63,880 bases of DNA, filler included, from Octopus bimaculoides (GCF_001194135.2; 6 parts of 6 records of this genome joined end to end with filler, not necessarily neighbours in it), one strand, 5' to 3'; positions 49,745 through 63,504 are shown, numbered from the whole stretch's first letter. Numbers and translations are program-made. The notes: generated by a model from the sequence alone, not told the origin.

Positions 49745-51281
49745 TAATCCATGTTTTTTCCAGGTTATGCTATTATGCTAATTAATAATGTGTCAAATGT
49801 GTCAATTGCCGGTGTCGTTGATAGTTTTTTCCTTATCTCAATGACGCCGGTAACACATATTAAAAGTCCCCTTACAGAACTGTATTCGTAAAAAAAATAT
49901 AGAACTATATTTCCACCCTCAAATTTGAGAAACAAACACTCATAACTTTTTTTCTTTCAAAATTTCATTGCATGAGATTGATGCCGTAAAATTCCTCGAA
50001 TTGAGCTCTATCATTTAAGCTTAATTAAAATATAGTTTGGTTTTAAAATAAAAAAGTTGATTATACTTAAATCCAAGTTTTTGCCTTATATTTTTTCGTG
50101 ATATTTTACCTCACAGTTTTTTTAATATAAATTTTTGTTGCTTGGGACCAAAACTATAAAATTCTTCATGCTTTCTTCTATCATTGAAGCTAAGATAAAT
50201 ATATTTTGCTTTTAAAATAAAGAAGTTATTTAGATCTAAACTTGATTGGTGGTGTAACTTACTCTCCTTATAACGTTGCTACAAATTTTAATGTAAATTT
50301 TCTTCTACTCAATCAAATCTCAATTATCTATGCCAAATTGTAACTAGGGACCAGCCCTTTTCAAAAATGTTAACAGTTTTCAATTTGGTTAAGAACTCAA
50401 TTAGCAACAAGCTCTGGAAGTTGCTGCGTGTGAGAAAAATGCGGCCTTAAGAATATTATTCAACTACTATCGTAGCTATGACTATTTCGTTTTATGACCA
50501 CAGATACAATATCTCTAAGAAAACGTTATTTTATCTGCCTTTTTCTTTTCTTTCTTCCGTTTTCCAAAGACGGTGTGGTGGGATCTGAGTGATTTCTGGC
50601 TGCAGTTTAATATGGTGCTGCGACTATACACGCATGCATCCTGGATCACAAATAAAGAAAAGCTACTCCACTGATTAGTGTGATTGGTGAAGTTACTCAC
50701 CAACCCACTTAAAACTCTGTCCCACAGCCAGTCTGTCCTCGCTTTGTGCTTCTACCAAAGTTACTATAATAGCTTCTGATTTTTGAATCGGGGTGGCTTC
50801 CTGTCATCTCCGCTAAAGTATACATAGCCTACTCATGACTCCTTCTCTCATCAGTAAAATTGTGTCCACAACACCTAAACTTGCACTAACTCTTGCTCCT
50901 ATTGCTTCCTTTTCAGAGTGTGTACTCCCTGGAACTTCCGCCTTGTAGCCATTGACGTGACTCTTTGAAGACCATGGACATAACTTCTTCCTTCAGACCA
51001 AGTCAATAAAAAATATTTGATGCTCTCTGTTTCTGTTTTGTTCTTACTTTCTTCCTCACCCGATTAATAATGTTTGAATATCTTAGTTTCAGTTTAATAT
51101 TATAACTATTGTGATTTTTATGATCATATTTGTGTTGTTGATAGTAGTATGATGGTAAGCTCCAGACCACTTCCATTGAATTGATCTATAGTTAAATGCC
51201 TTCATCCTGTGACTAATACAACTTCTTCAGACATAGAATCTTCAGAGAAAGAGAAAGAGAGACAGACAGACAGATAGACAT

Positions 51282-51320
<39 letters not shown>

Positions 51321-51360
51321 AAAAAAGAAAGAAAGGAAGAAAGAAAGAAAGAAAGAAAGA
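51282..51360. repeat. (GAAA)n microsatellite
   Basis: Direct read. Confidence 0.95.
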
Positions 51361-51468
51361 ATGAAAGAACGAAAGACAGAAAGAGAGGTGTTGTGCAGTA
51401 GTACTGATGGAGGTAATGGTGGCGATGAGGAAGGTGCCACAGAAGAAATATGTGTGTGTGTGTGTAAT

Positions 51469-51500
<32 letters not shown>

Positions 51501-51801
51501 TGTATGTATGTGTATCTATGTATGCATATATACGTAAAATCACACACATTTCAAGGGAACAACAACGATATCAACAACAGTAGCGGTAGCAAAAGCAAAA
51601 AAACTATGATAACGAAGACGAACAATCAAAATATATATAAAAGATTCGTAATGAAGAGAAAAGGAAAAATATCTCAAGCAAATGCTGAGAGGGTGGAGGG
51701 AGAGAATGTCGGTTGATGGGGATGGCGTTTGTGTTCAGGTCGCATAATAGTTGAGGGGGATACAGGAGGTTGAGGTGCTTACACTATACAAATTTACTTA
51801 C

Positions 51802-51823
51802 CATCGAATTTACTGATTCTCGT
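51802..51823 (-). other. Candidate 22-nt micro-exon
   Basis: tttcattgcgcag|ACGAGAATCAGTAAATTCGATG|gtaagt. Confidence 0.25.
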
Positions 51824-52631
51824 CTGCGCAATGAAACGTTTGGTATTCATTTACATGTTTTCATGTATGTATAAGTAAATATACATCTGCGCGTGCACTT
51901 GCATGCGTCTGTGTGTGTGTGTATATGTGTGTGTATGTGTGTTTGTGTGTGTATATGAGTGTATGCGTGTGTTTTGATAGAGTAGTGGATATAGTAAAGT
52001 ATAGTACTGTAAAGGAGCTAACGAACTGGTAACATACATACATATATGACGACATACAATATGATAACAAACATATATGATAACATACATATGTAATAAC
52101 ATACTTACATGATAACATATAAAAATGTAAATATATATCAGTGTTTTTATGTATGTCGTCTGTGTGGTTGTATGTACGTGTGTATACGTGTTTGTGTGTG
52201 CATGTTTGTATGTGTGAATCTGTATTTATGCAAATATTTTAGTGTGTGTAGTAGAATAATAAGATGATAAAAAGGTAGTGAGCTATTAATATAGATTCAT
52301 GTTTACACTTTTTCTCTTTTGCTTGTTTTTGGCAGCGGACTACCGCTATGTTGGTACCGCTTAGCAAAGGTATTTAAATATTTTTATCTATCCTGTTGAT
52401 CACAGTACTTTTTTATAACTAGCAGTTAAAATCTCCATCGAATGACACACGACTGTCTTTACAAAGGAAGGATACATTGGAGAATATAAACTTATGATCG
52501 TCAGAAAGACAGAATGGTAACAGCATGAAGACCCTTGATCTTGGATCAGCTCGGTTTGGACTTACATATCGCTGAACCATACCAAAAATAAAAGCAAATA
52601 TGATGACAACAGAATAAAAGTAACATATAGA

Positions 52632-52830
52632 ATGTTGGTTTTAAATTTTAGCACAAGGCCAGTAATTTCGGGTGAGGGTGTAAGTTGATTACATTGACCC
52701 CAATACTCAACTGGTACTCATTTTATCGACCCCAAAAGGATAACAGGCAAAATCAACCCCGGCAGTATTTGAACTTTGAATATAAAGACGGACGAAATGC
52801 CGCTAAGTATCTTGTCAGCTCGCTGTCTTA
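52632..52830 (-). mobile_element. SINE family A
   Basis: agcacaaggcc..caactggtactcattttatcgacccc..gacgaaatgccgctaag. Confidence 0.85.
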
Positions 52831-53166
52831 GATATAAAAAAAATATTAAGAAAAAATACAACAGTGATCCAGTTATTGCAAAACCTACTATGGTAATGAA
52901 AACGAATGCAATAAGAGCAGTTACAAAATGAAAAATAATAATATAACGGCTACAACAATAACAACAATAAAAAAGAAGCTAAACAATTGAAAGCAATAAG
53001 AGCAAAAATATACGAATGATCACTTTCACTACAACGACGACAAGAAATGGAAACGTTAAAATTCCTGATGTCAAATGTCATATGTGTCGAAATGCTGATA
53101 TACATCAACGAATGATTGTGATGTCAGGGTCAAATATAATCTCTGTCGACTAATAATGTTACTTAC

Positions 53167-53256
53167 CCACTCCCCACTCGTTGTTCCATCAATATCCTTT
53201 ATTGCTCTTCTAATATCCTGTTGTCTTTTCTCTCTCTCTTTTAGTCTCGTTCGTTT
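53167..53256 (-). other. Candidate 90-nt coding exon (KRTRLKEREKRQQDIRRAIKDIDGTTSGEW)
   Basis: ctttctcaaag| acceptor and GG|gtaagt donor; purine-rich and open in phase 0; no recognised homolog. Confidence 0.25.
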
Positions 53257-53764
53257 CTTTGAGAAAGGTGAATACGGTTTTTGGTGAAAGTGAACAATGA
53301 AGAAACATGTTATCATTCATCCAACCTGCAACTAAACTATAGGAAAAACAGCCCAACGGTTCTTATGAATCAAAGGAAAAAGCAATTGAACTGAAGTACA
53401 AATTCCTCCCGCCTACTGTCTGCAGTCTTCTCCACAAAGTTCGTGTATAAACCAGCATCATCATTATCATGACCATTAATACTTCCACGACTATTCAATA
53501 CAGATTGTGGCGAGCGACTTGTGCATGATATGAATGTGAACTTCGTGAGTTCGCGTAATATGTTACTGGAGTCATTTTCAAACCATAATGAATTCATATT
53601 AAACTCCTAAGGGCGCAGAAGGTGTTCACTTAACTCAGAAACAATTGCAATGAGTCTTAATGTTGATGGCGATTATGACATCAATGACAATGTTTTTGTC
53701 GTCGTCATTCATCGTACGCCTGTGACGCATTGATGACACCACAATGAAAGTCTTTACGATTAAG

Positions 53765-54050
53765 CACGACTTTTCCAGCTGCTTTGCCATTCTTGTGCAA
53801 CCGGCTCTTGATATTGTCCATTCATTGCGTTCTTTGCTTGCCTCTTGATTTATTGCCCTCTATTCTTCCTTCTATGATGTCTTCCATACATCTGCTTTCC
53901 CGAATGATGTCAATGATAGATGAGCTTTTGTTTTTTCACAATGTTCAAGAGTTGTCGTCTTTCACCTACTTGTAACACACACTCATTTGTCTAATGATCC
54001 TTGTAAGAGACTCGTAACATTCTCCTATATACCCACATTTCGAACACAAT
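53765..54050 (-). mobile_element. RTE-clade LINE 3' fragment
   Basis: VFEMWVYRRMLRVSY..IIEGRIEGNKSRGKQR..MDNIK. Confidence 0.8.
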
Positions 54051-57000
54051 GACGACAACATTACGATGATAATATATAATGACAGAGACTGCGCGTGCCA
54101 ATCGCGTCTTCTTACTTATTTTATTCAGATAGTCGTGAGTTTTGACCTTACCAGATCTGTATATGCTGTATAATTTTGTATTTTTGTATACTATGAATCG
54201 GTGAGCTTCTTGAAGTTGGTCTATACTAAGGATAACTAATCAACAACGCAGGAAGGAAGCTGCTCGAGATGATGCTAAAAAGTTAAGACATATTTTGAAT
54301 TAAAAAGAAAACGTTTCCTTTCAATAATAAGAAACATTAAATAATTAAGACAAGGCAGTTGTAATATAGCCTTGTTGTCGATGTTTTTGTTGCTTAGGTT
54401 CATAAACTGGTCGAGTAGGGCTATGGTCAAAGGAATCCGTCCTTGTTCAGACATAGTATATCACTGCTACTTCAATGTGTTGTATATATATGTGTATGTG
54501 TGTAATAGTGTGAGTGAATGATTGCAATAACGTTTATGTAAGAAATGAAAACGCCCCTTAATTCTTAATATATCACTGGTTAAATATCGAAAGATTTGCA
54601 GTCTTTGTATAATCTCCACTAGAACTCAACCGAACAGAATCCATTCCCTTGGCAACTGACAAACGGCCAAAGATTGAGGAAACGGATAGTACGTGTAAGT
54701 ATAGGGAAATATTTCCACTCACGGAAATCGATCCCATGTCACTGAATCTCTTAGCCGTAACCTTACCACCGTTCTACGGCGCTCGCAATGTTTATTAGTT
54801 ATACACAGTCAAATAAACAAAGGAAAGAACATGCAGCCATAAATCTCGTTATTTTCACTGAACCAACCGCACAACGACAACATGAAGCAGCAAGGGAGCT
54901 TCTGTGTAGTCACTCGATCGGCTCAATTTAGTATCAAAAATGTTCTTCATCTCCATCAACACACTTCCTACCGCTTTTAATATCAGGACCAAATGAGTCT
55001 GCAAGAGAGCTTGTACGAAGTCGCTCTGCACCGCTCAATTTAGCAGCCAAAACCAGCGGCAACAAAATCCCCCTCTGTCTTTGAAATAAAAACCACATGT
55101 TTTTTTTTTTTTAAGTTCTACATCTTCTGACAAAAGAGTAATTAGGTAAGTACATACACACATACCACACCACACTCACTCGTNNNNNNNNNNNNNNNNN
55201 NNNNNNNNNNNNNNNNNNNNNNNNNNNNNNNNNNNNNNNNNNNNNNNNNNNNNNNNNNNNNNNNNNNNNNNNNNNNNNNNNNNNNNNNNNNNNNNNNNNN
55301 NNNNNNNNNNNNNNNNNNNNNNNNNNNNNNNNNNNNNNNNNNNNNNNNNNNNNNNNNNNNNNNNNNNNNNNNNNNNNNNNNNNNNNNNNNNNNNNNNNNN
55401 NNNNNNNNNNNNNNNGAGAGAGGGAGAGAGGGGGAGGGGGAGGGGAGTGAGTGAGTGAGTGAGAGGGAGAGAGGGAGAGAGGGATAGGGAGTGAGTGAGA
55501 GTGAAGGCGCTTAAGATATTACATCAACAAATTTATAGGTTACATATATATTTTGGTTGAGAAAGACCAAAATATTGTTAAAAGCAAATGTTTTGCCGTT
55601 GTACACAAACCTTTTGAAGTGTTGAAATTATTCAGTCAATAAAAAGGAAACTAATATCTATGACCCTAAGACGATTAGTAATAAAAAAAAAAGGATACGA
55701 GATAAACGAAGAAGCCTGTGCGCGGTAACTCGACCTGTTAGAAATAGCTTCCAAATCTCCCTCATAGCATACACTAATTTTGCAGGAATAAATGACACTC
55801 ACAGTGCCTCGAGTAAGAGTTGGGCGGTCTTTCACTAAAGATCAGCTTGGTTACTGTTATCATGGGTCATAAACACCACACCAGACTTGCCTTTTAAGAA
55901 TATCTGTCCTCTGGAATATTCTCTATGCCCAGGCTTTACTAGCAGGTGTTGAGATACGACTGTTTAGATGGGACATTATAATGGTATCCGTCTCATCCGT
56001 CGTCTCAGAATGCCTGAAAAGGTCCTGGCACAGCGTCTTCCTCAGAACCAACAAGTAAACGAAACAGAAAGAGAACAAGAAGATAATCGTACTTCGTTGT
56101 TTGGTGGGGAGAGTATAATGAAATAACCTTAGAGTTAGAGGTTCTTAATCCTTGAGCATTTCATGTACTTTTCCATTGTTTTAGACCACATTATTTGGAG
56201 AGCTGAGGAATGGTGTGGTTTTGTTAACTTTTATAATTCTTACATCTAGTCTTAAAGGTCTGCTAAAATGTAGATAATGGCAAAATAAAAAGAGTGCTTC
56301 ACAAACATGCTTCGTAGTATTCAGTTGCATGCTGTTATGCTCTAAGTTTGAACCACACTGAGGTCGAATCTTTCTGTCATCCCTCCAGAGTCGATTACAA
56401 ACACACCAATCAACTCCTGGGATCAATTTAACCGGCGCTGCTCTTTCGAGACAGTGGTTTTTCTCTTATATTTCTAATAATATGTAGCTATATGTTTCTA
56501 TTAAGAATCATAAAAGCTGAAGCGAAATTGAGTAGCAGTTCTCTTTCTCACTTATTTTGAAAGAAATTTACATATTTTCAAGGCAGCTTAAACATCAACG
56601 ACTCTATGTAGGTTTTCTTTTCCATCTCAAACAAGATCTGTTATGTATGTGGCTTGGCAGAAGTTAACATAGAGATATTCCACCAATATTCGTTGTATTA
56701 ATTCGTATTTATTAAATAATAGATGCATTCTGTATAGTCTTTCTTGCAGATGACATTGCTTATTGATGTAGTAGCAAAATCTTACCGCATTAAAATGTAG
56801 CAACTTAATTATAACATCTGAGTAACTGCCGATCACGTGTGTAGTATCCTCTATAGAAAAGTAACATTATCAACATTGTCGGTCGCAACTCGAAGGCATA
56901 AAAGTTCTGCCGTTTTTTTATTGGGGAATTTTCTAAATATCTCTTGCTCTTGAATTGCAAAAGCATAACCAATGTCCATAATGTAACATCATGGATTGGT

Positions 57001-57759
57001 TAAGAGTTCAAAACAGGTTAAACTTCATTTAAAGTTAGCATCATCCTCGAGTGTACGGGAGATATACCCATACATAACATCTGGCTCTTGGTTTTGGCAC
57101 GCTTGTCTATTTTGGTGGGGTTCACATGGAGGATCACCAAAAGCGAATTCTTTTTGAGGAGCTCGCTACCATCCTGTAGGATGTTTTTCTCTTCACGTTT
57201 ACGCAATTTATTGATGTATTATTGTTTAACAGATATCTGGTTGACACTGAATCACATTCAGACACTGTCTGAACCGATCTTTTCAACATTCGCCTCTTTA
57301 AATATGAAACAGAGCCCTTCTTTATTTCTGTCGAAGATTCCAGTTGACGTCAAAATTATGTGGGTTCTAATACTTCTGGACGGATCTCCCCTATAGAAAT
57401 GTGGCCCATAAGTATTAAAACGCATCTGATCTATAGACAGTTGTTGATATCAGTACTGATAATACAAATGCATTGCAGAATACTGTCTCGCTGTAAAAAC
57501 TCTCATATGTTTTTACAATTTGGTATCTCCTTTGATTTCTCTATCTTTATTCACAACACATTCGTATGGTATATTATATTTTTGTAGGTAGTACTTGTAT
57601 GAAACAGGGAAGACAGAAAGGCCATCGAAGCAAAAATGTTGGGTTTTGGAAACAGGTGTTTTGCGCTCAACTAACCAACATGAACATATGAACATTTCTT
57701 TTGGCGAAATTTCATTCCTCTGCCAACTCAAGATCTTCTTACTAAAACATTTTTATTAT

Positions 57760-58020
57760 AGACGCAGGAGTGGCTGCGTGGTAAGTAGCTTGCTTACCAA
57801 CCACATGGCTCCGGGTTCAGTCCCACTGCGTGGCACCTTGGGCAAGTGTCTTCTGCTATAGCTTCGGGCCGACCAAAGCCTTGTGAGTGGATTTGGTAGA
57901 CGGAAACTGAAAGAAGCCCGTAGTATATATGTATATATATATATATGTGTGTGTATTTGTGTGTCTGTGTTTGTCCCCCCACCATCGCTTGACAACCGAT
58001 GCTGGTGTGTTTACGTCCCC
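57760..58020 (+). mobile_element. SINE family B, young copy cut by a gap
   Basis: Near-consensus head and core. Confidence 0.92.
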
Positions 58021-59084
58021 NNNNNNNNNNNNNNNNNNNNNNNNNNNNNNNNNNNNNNNNNNNNTTAATTAATTAANNNNNNNNNNNNNNNNNNNNNNNN
58101 NNNNNNNNNNNNNNNNNNNNCTCTCTCTCTCTCTCTCTCTCTCTCACTCTTGATACTTTAAGACCCCAACAGGTTTTCTTTTCTTTTTCTTTTTTTCCTT
58201 TCGTTTACACGTTAGTAACATAGTCACGTGCACTGATGATTGCAGGTAGAAAATGTGAGTTTATAATCTGACTTCAGAAAGCAACAATTTTCAAAATATG
58301 TTCAAATGATTTTGAATGATTTGGTCACTCCGATTCTTTTTGCATTTGTTTCGACTATTTGCATTCTAATTTCAAATCTCACCGAGGACAATTTTGCCAT
58401 CCGTCCTTTTCAAGGTTGATAAATAAAGTACCGGGTTGCAACGATAGACTAGTAGAATTAGACAGGATGCCTTGCAATACTTGATCCGGCTATTTTCACT
58501 CTGTACTCAAAGTCTGCCGTGGTTTATATGGGTAGTGTACTTAATACATCTCCAGGCTTAACACCACTAGTGAGAACCTTGGGTGCCTTTCGTGGAGTCA
58601 ACCCAGTTACAAGCATTTTAGCTAGGTCTCCGGTTAGAGGATACTTTGCTACCTCTCATTAGTTTCAGGGGCTCTGAGAAGGTCATAGTCACTCCCTTTC
58701 CCCTCCTAATGAGCGATAACAGAATCTTGAGAGCAGCTAGTCTCTAGAACAGTGCCTGATTCATATTTTAGTCCTAGATAATTTTTCCAAACGTATTGTG
58801 TTTGCATTTGGCAACAGCTATGATGCAGTGTTCATTTCCAATAAATGCACGAATATATTCAACATTTATTGAATAGTATATGTATTTTGTATCTTTCCCT
58901 TATTTCAGTCAGTTGACATTCAAAAGAAAGTAGGTTCTTGTTCCTCTTTGCTTCCTTTATGATATGGCAAATTGCTGATGTGCGCGATAATCTTCTTGTG
59001 GGTAGTGCTAAGTTATCTCCACATTATCTAATCTAAAACTGCTTGTTATAGTCTGTGTGAAAGTACAAATATTCTTTTATTCTT

Positions 59085-59289
59085 ATACTTGTTTCGTTTG
59101 TTAGACGGCGGCCATGCTGGGGCACAACCTTGAAGACTTTTTAGTCGAATGAATCGACCCCTAGTATTTTTCTTTTATTTTCTATTTTTTCAAGTCTGGT
59201 ACTTATGAAATCTACTACTTTTGCCGAACGGCTAAGTTACGGAGACGTAAGCACACCGATTTGTGGTTGTCAAGCGATGGTGAGGGACA
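59085..59289 (-). mobile_element. SINE family B, 3' half
   Basis: gccatgctggggcac..ttttgccgaacggctaagttacgg..ggttgtcaagcgatggtg. Confidence 0.85.
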
Positions 59290-59299
59290 TGTTTTGTTG

Positions 59300-59687
59300 T
59301 CCCCTTTTTTGTATCACCTAACTGCCTGGATGTTTTGCGTTCGGCCAAGTCTGACCTTTCTTTCTTGGTTCGGTCGCAGTCCGTGCAGCATCTATATTCC
59401 CCACTGTGTCTGCGAAATCATGTATCCCTGCCGTAAGGCTTTACTTCCACACACGCCAGCTTAATTTAATTCGTCCTTAGTCGAAAGACACCTGTTGTTA
59501 TGTCCTGTTATTTGTATTTGTGTAACATTCTCCGTTTTTTTTCCGTCCTTGTTTTCGTATACATTCGCTGCTTTCTTCCAAGGAATTTAATGCTCTTAGC
59601 CTAGTTTTTCTTTTGGTTGGCCAGATTGGAGCAATCTCGAGTATAACCAGCCGAAATTGCAAAGATAATCTGGAACTCGACTGAGGA
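59300..59687 (+). mobile_element. Unclassified ~450-bp interspersed repeat, copy 2 (3' end in gap)
   Basis: Homologous to 18703-19150; ends CTGAGGA at the gap. Confidence 0.8.
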
Positions 59688-60384
59688 NNNNNNNNNNNNN
59701 NNNNNNNNNNNNNNNNNNNNNNNNNNNNNNNNNNNNNNNNNNNNNNNNNNNNNNNNNNNNNNNNNNNNNNNNNNNNNNNNNNNNNNNNNNNNNNNNNNNN
59801 NNNNNNNNNNNNNNNNNNNNNNNNNNNNNNNNNNNNNNNNNNNNNNNNNNNNNNNNNNNNNNNNNNNNNNNNNNNNNNNNNNNNNNNNNNNNNNNNNNNN
59901 NNNNNNNNNNNNNNNNNNNNNNNNNNNNNNNNNNNNNNNNNNNNNNNNNNNNNNNNNNNNNNNNNNNNNNNNNNNNNNNNNNNNNNNNNNNNNNNNNNNN
60001 NNNNNNNNNNNNNNNNNNNNNNNNNNNNNNNNNNNNNNNNNNNNNNNNNNNNNNNNNNNNNNNNNNNNNNNNNNNNNNNNNNNNNNNNNNNNNNNNNNNN
60101 NNNNNNNNNNNNNNNNNNNNNNNNNNNNNNNNNNNNNNNNNNNNNNNNNNNNNNNNNNNNNNNNNNNNNNNNNNNNNNNNNNNNNNNNNNNNNNNNNNNN
60201 NNNNNNNNNNNNNNNNNNNNNNNNNNNNNNNNNNNNNNNNNNNNNNNNNNNNNNNNNNNNNNNNNNNNNNNNNNNNNNNNNNNNNNNNNNNNNNNNNNNN
60301 NNNNNNNNNNNNNNNNNNNNNNNNNNNNNNNNNNNNNNNNNNNNNNNNNNNNNNNNNNNNNNNNNNNNNNNNNNNNNNNNNATA

Positions 60385-60418
<34 letters not shown>

Positions 60419-61265
60419 CAGGGTGCGATGGCTAAATTGCTGCCATTTTATATGTTTAATTTCGCGCATGCACTTTGTTTGTTTTTGATTTTGTCAACTA
60501 CACAGTATAGTAGGGTCAGTTGGGCACCGTCTGTGAGAAAATCAGAATCATGACACAATTCACTCTGCCAGAAATTTGGAAACGACATATTGTACTGCTT
60601 GGCATTCGTACTGGAAGCTCCAATGCGAACATTTCAGAGTGTTTGGGTGTCAATCTGAGGACAGTGCAGAGGATTCTGAAAGAGTTGGATGAGTTTAATG
60701 GTGATTATGAAGGTACGGCAGCTTGGAAAACTAACTCTGATCGTTCTGATAAGAAAAGAACTCCTGAATTTGTTGGTGAGATCCAAGCCATAATTGACAA
60801 CGTACCCTCCAAGTCGATCAGCTTCATGACCTGGGACATGGTAGTGTCTAAATTTCTTATCAGTTGGCAGTGCAAGAAGATATTCGGTATTCCTCATGCA
60901 AGATGAGAAAGGGCCAGTTTTTATCCCAAGCCATCAAGAACAAAAAGAAAGACCGCGCTACGAAGCTTTTGAACAAACTCAAGCATCCCCTCCAGTCGAA
61001 TATGCTTTGGTTATCCTCTAAATGGGAAAAATTTCTGCCAGGATCAGATATTGAACACAAAGAACAACTGTTGGCTTGCCTTGTCCCCAAAACATGTACC
61101 GAAAGTAGTAAAAATCAAACATCTAGTCAACATCATGGTGTTTGGAGTGAGCACTAGTGAATGGCGATGTTATACCTCCATTCATCTTCTCACACGGCCT
61201 CAGACTCAACACGGAGACCTACATCAAGAGCCTGGAGGAGGTAGTGCAGTTATGGGTCAAGCGGT
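60419..61265 (+). mobile_element. Tc1/mariner DD37D (maT) transposon, copy 2, 3' truncated
   Basis: TA|CAGGGTGCGATGG start; MTQFTLPEIWKRH..ISECLGVNLRTVQRI (HTH), KKRTPEF, KLLNKLKHP, KHLVNIMVFGV; shares its 5' region with copy 1. Confidence 0.9.
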
Positions 61266-61318
61266 AACAGTGCAAATCCATAGATAGATAGATAGATAGA
61301 TGGATCGATGGATAGATA

Positions 61319-61797
61319 CATTTCTTTTATTAGCCACACAGGGCTCAACAAAGATGGGACAAATACAATGTAGAGCTTTTCTTTTTGGGAGGGGGAAGGA
61401 AAAAAAAGTAGGGGTGGGTGTCGATCAAAAGGGATCGTAGGAAGGAAAAAAAGGAGGGAGTTCGATCAAAAGGGACCGAGAGAGAAAAAAAAAGTGATCA
61501 ATAGGGATCGTGTATCACAGTAATGTTCTCGTGTAAAAAGAGGGGAGGACAGTTTCGGTTTAGCCGTGGAAAGAAAAGCCTACGGAAAAGACCACGGTAA
61601 CCTTGGTCAATATTGTCATTGCAGAAACTATAACAGTAAGTGACTCTCTTTTGCCTTTTTGTTTTTTGTCTGGATTTTTTACTCCTTTATAGTGTTATGC
61701 TCAAGGTGGCTCCGTCATTCACACGTGCCATCCTTGCTACATTCACCCATCTTTTTTTGAAGCATTCACTAGACAAGATTTCCCTTTCTACTCTCAA
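61319..61797 (-). mobile_element. 5'-truncated Tx1/L1-group LINE 3' end flanked by (ATAG)n
   Basis: LRVEREILSSECFKKRWVNVARMAR..* resembles Tx1-type ORF2 C-termini; ~370-nt 3' UTR with AATAAA near the end. Clade assignment from motif memory. Confidence 0.6.
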
Positions 61798-61798
61798 A

Positions 61799-61862
<64 letters not shown>

Positions 61863-61884
61863 TACTTAAAGTTTGCAGTTTTAC

Positions 61885-62005
61885 CAACCAGATAGCTCTT
61901 CATTTGTAGTGGCACTTCCATTTGAACAGTGAGTCTCACATCCTGGGTCATGCCTCTGTAAACGTAAAAGCTAATGTAGCTGCTATTTCCTGCATTTCCT
62001 GTAGA
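61885..62005 (-). other. Candidate 121-nt exon (STGNAGNSSYISFYVYRGMTQDVRLTVQMEVPLQMKSYLV)
   Basis: tgtttcacag| acceptor, weak TTG|gtaaaa donor, one open frame. Confidence 0.15.
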
Positions 62006-62745
62006 CTGTGAAACAGCAGTACAAGGTCTGATCCTCAAACTGGTTTCACTGAATTGCGGTCATCTTCACAGAAAATAAGATTAACTATTTCTGCAGCTCA
62101 CACAAGTTCAGGGGATTAATTTATGTAATTCATAGTCAAATGTTGGCTTGAGGCAGCATTTGATCACAACCTCTTAGTTGCCTACATGAGATTAGAGCTG
62201 AAATAACGAAACCAGCAGTTACCTCAAAATGTCGTGAAAGTACGGCCTCTCAATGTGACATGACGTTGCCGTGAAACAATTTATAATACCATAAAAAAAT
62301 AAATTAGAATAAATATAGAGAATAAATATTGAAAATATACAACGCCACATGAAACAAAAACTGTCTTGGAATAAATATAGTAAAGCGCTCTGTTATTTAA
62401 TACATATTTAAGAATCNNNNNNNNNNNNNNNNNNNNNNNNNNNNNNNNNNNNNNNNNNNNTTAATTAATTAANNNNNNNNNNNNNNNNNNNNNNNNNNNN
62501 NNNNNNNNNNNNNNNNATCACGGTTCGCCCAGCCGATTGTGCAGAAAGCATTTTCCAGGTAACACTGCTTTTGCATATCTAACAAAAATCTGTCAACAAA
62601 ACTACAACTGACTACTACAAGTGAGTATAAATCTCTCAGTTTTGTCATGTAGCATTCTACAATAGCTTCCATCCATTGATGTATCTAAAAAAATGTAGAA
62701 AACTCTCAGTGAAAAAGGAATTGGTTTATAAGTCTCTTGTGTGTT

Positions 62746-62846
<101 letters not shown>

Positions 62847-63057
62847 GAGATTAATAATTAATAATAATAATAAATCTATTAATCCGATTTACCTCGAATA
62901 TTTTTTCATCGATTACAATAATTGAAGATTACAAAATTGATTTTCAGAAATTGCATAAGAAATCGGATTAAGCCCTTTGGCATATTGGCTGATTTGGGCA
63001 AGTTGGTAGGAGGTTAAAAAATAAAAAAATAAATAGGTTATTAATTGTTAGAATGAC

Positions 63058-63200
63058 TTCCAACTTAGACACAAGACCAATAATTTTGTGGGAGAGCGAC
63101 AGTCAATGCTATCGACTCTAGTATTTGAAGTGCAGATTATTTTATCGACCAAATAGATGTAAGTTGATCTCGGCAGGATTTGAACTCATAATGTATGTAG
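63058..63200 (-). mobile_element. SINE family A, degenerate
   Basis: gacacaagacc..tattttatcgacc..ctcggcaggatttgaactc. Confidence 0.65.
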
Positions 63201-63504
63201 AGAGAAAGAAGACGGACAATGCATTTTGTTCGGTGCTTTAAGATTTTATAACGGCGGTGCCCCAGCATGGCCACAGCTCTACGCTGAAACTACAAATAGA
63301 AAACGAAAAGAAAATATACGTACACACGCACATATATATATATATATATATATAAACATAATTAAGGGATCAGCAAATATTTGCTTCACCATATACCGAA
63401 GTTCAGAAATAGCAGCTAAAAAAGCTGAGAATCCCACAGATAGCATCACTTGTAACTCACAAAGGCAAAAACAAGAAGAAAAAACAATGAAAAACTAACC
63501 AATT

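Noticed and set aside
62559-62620. Plus-strand segment with good acceptor and donor
   Set aside because: Stops in all three frames and no supporting neighbouring exons.
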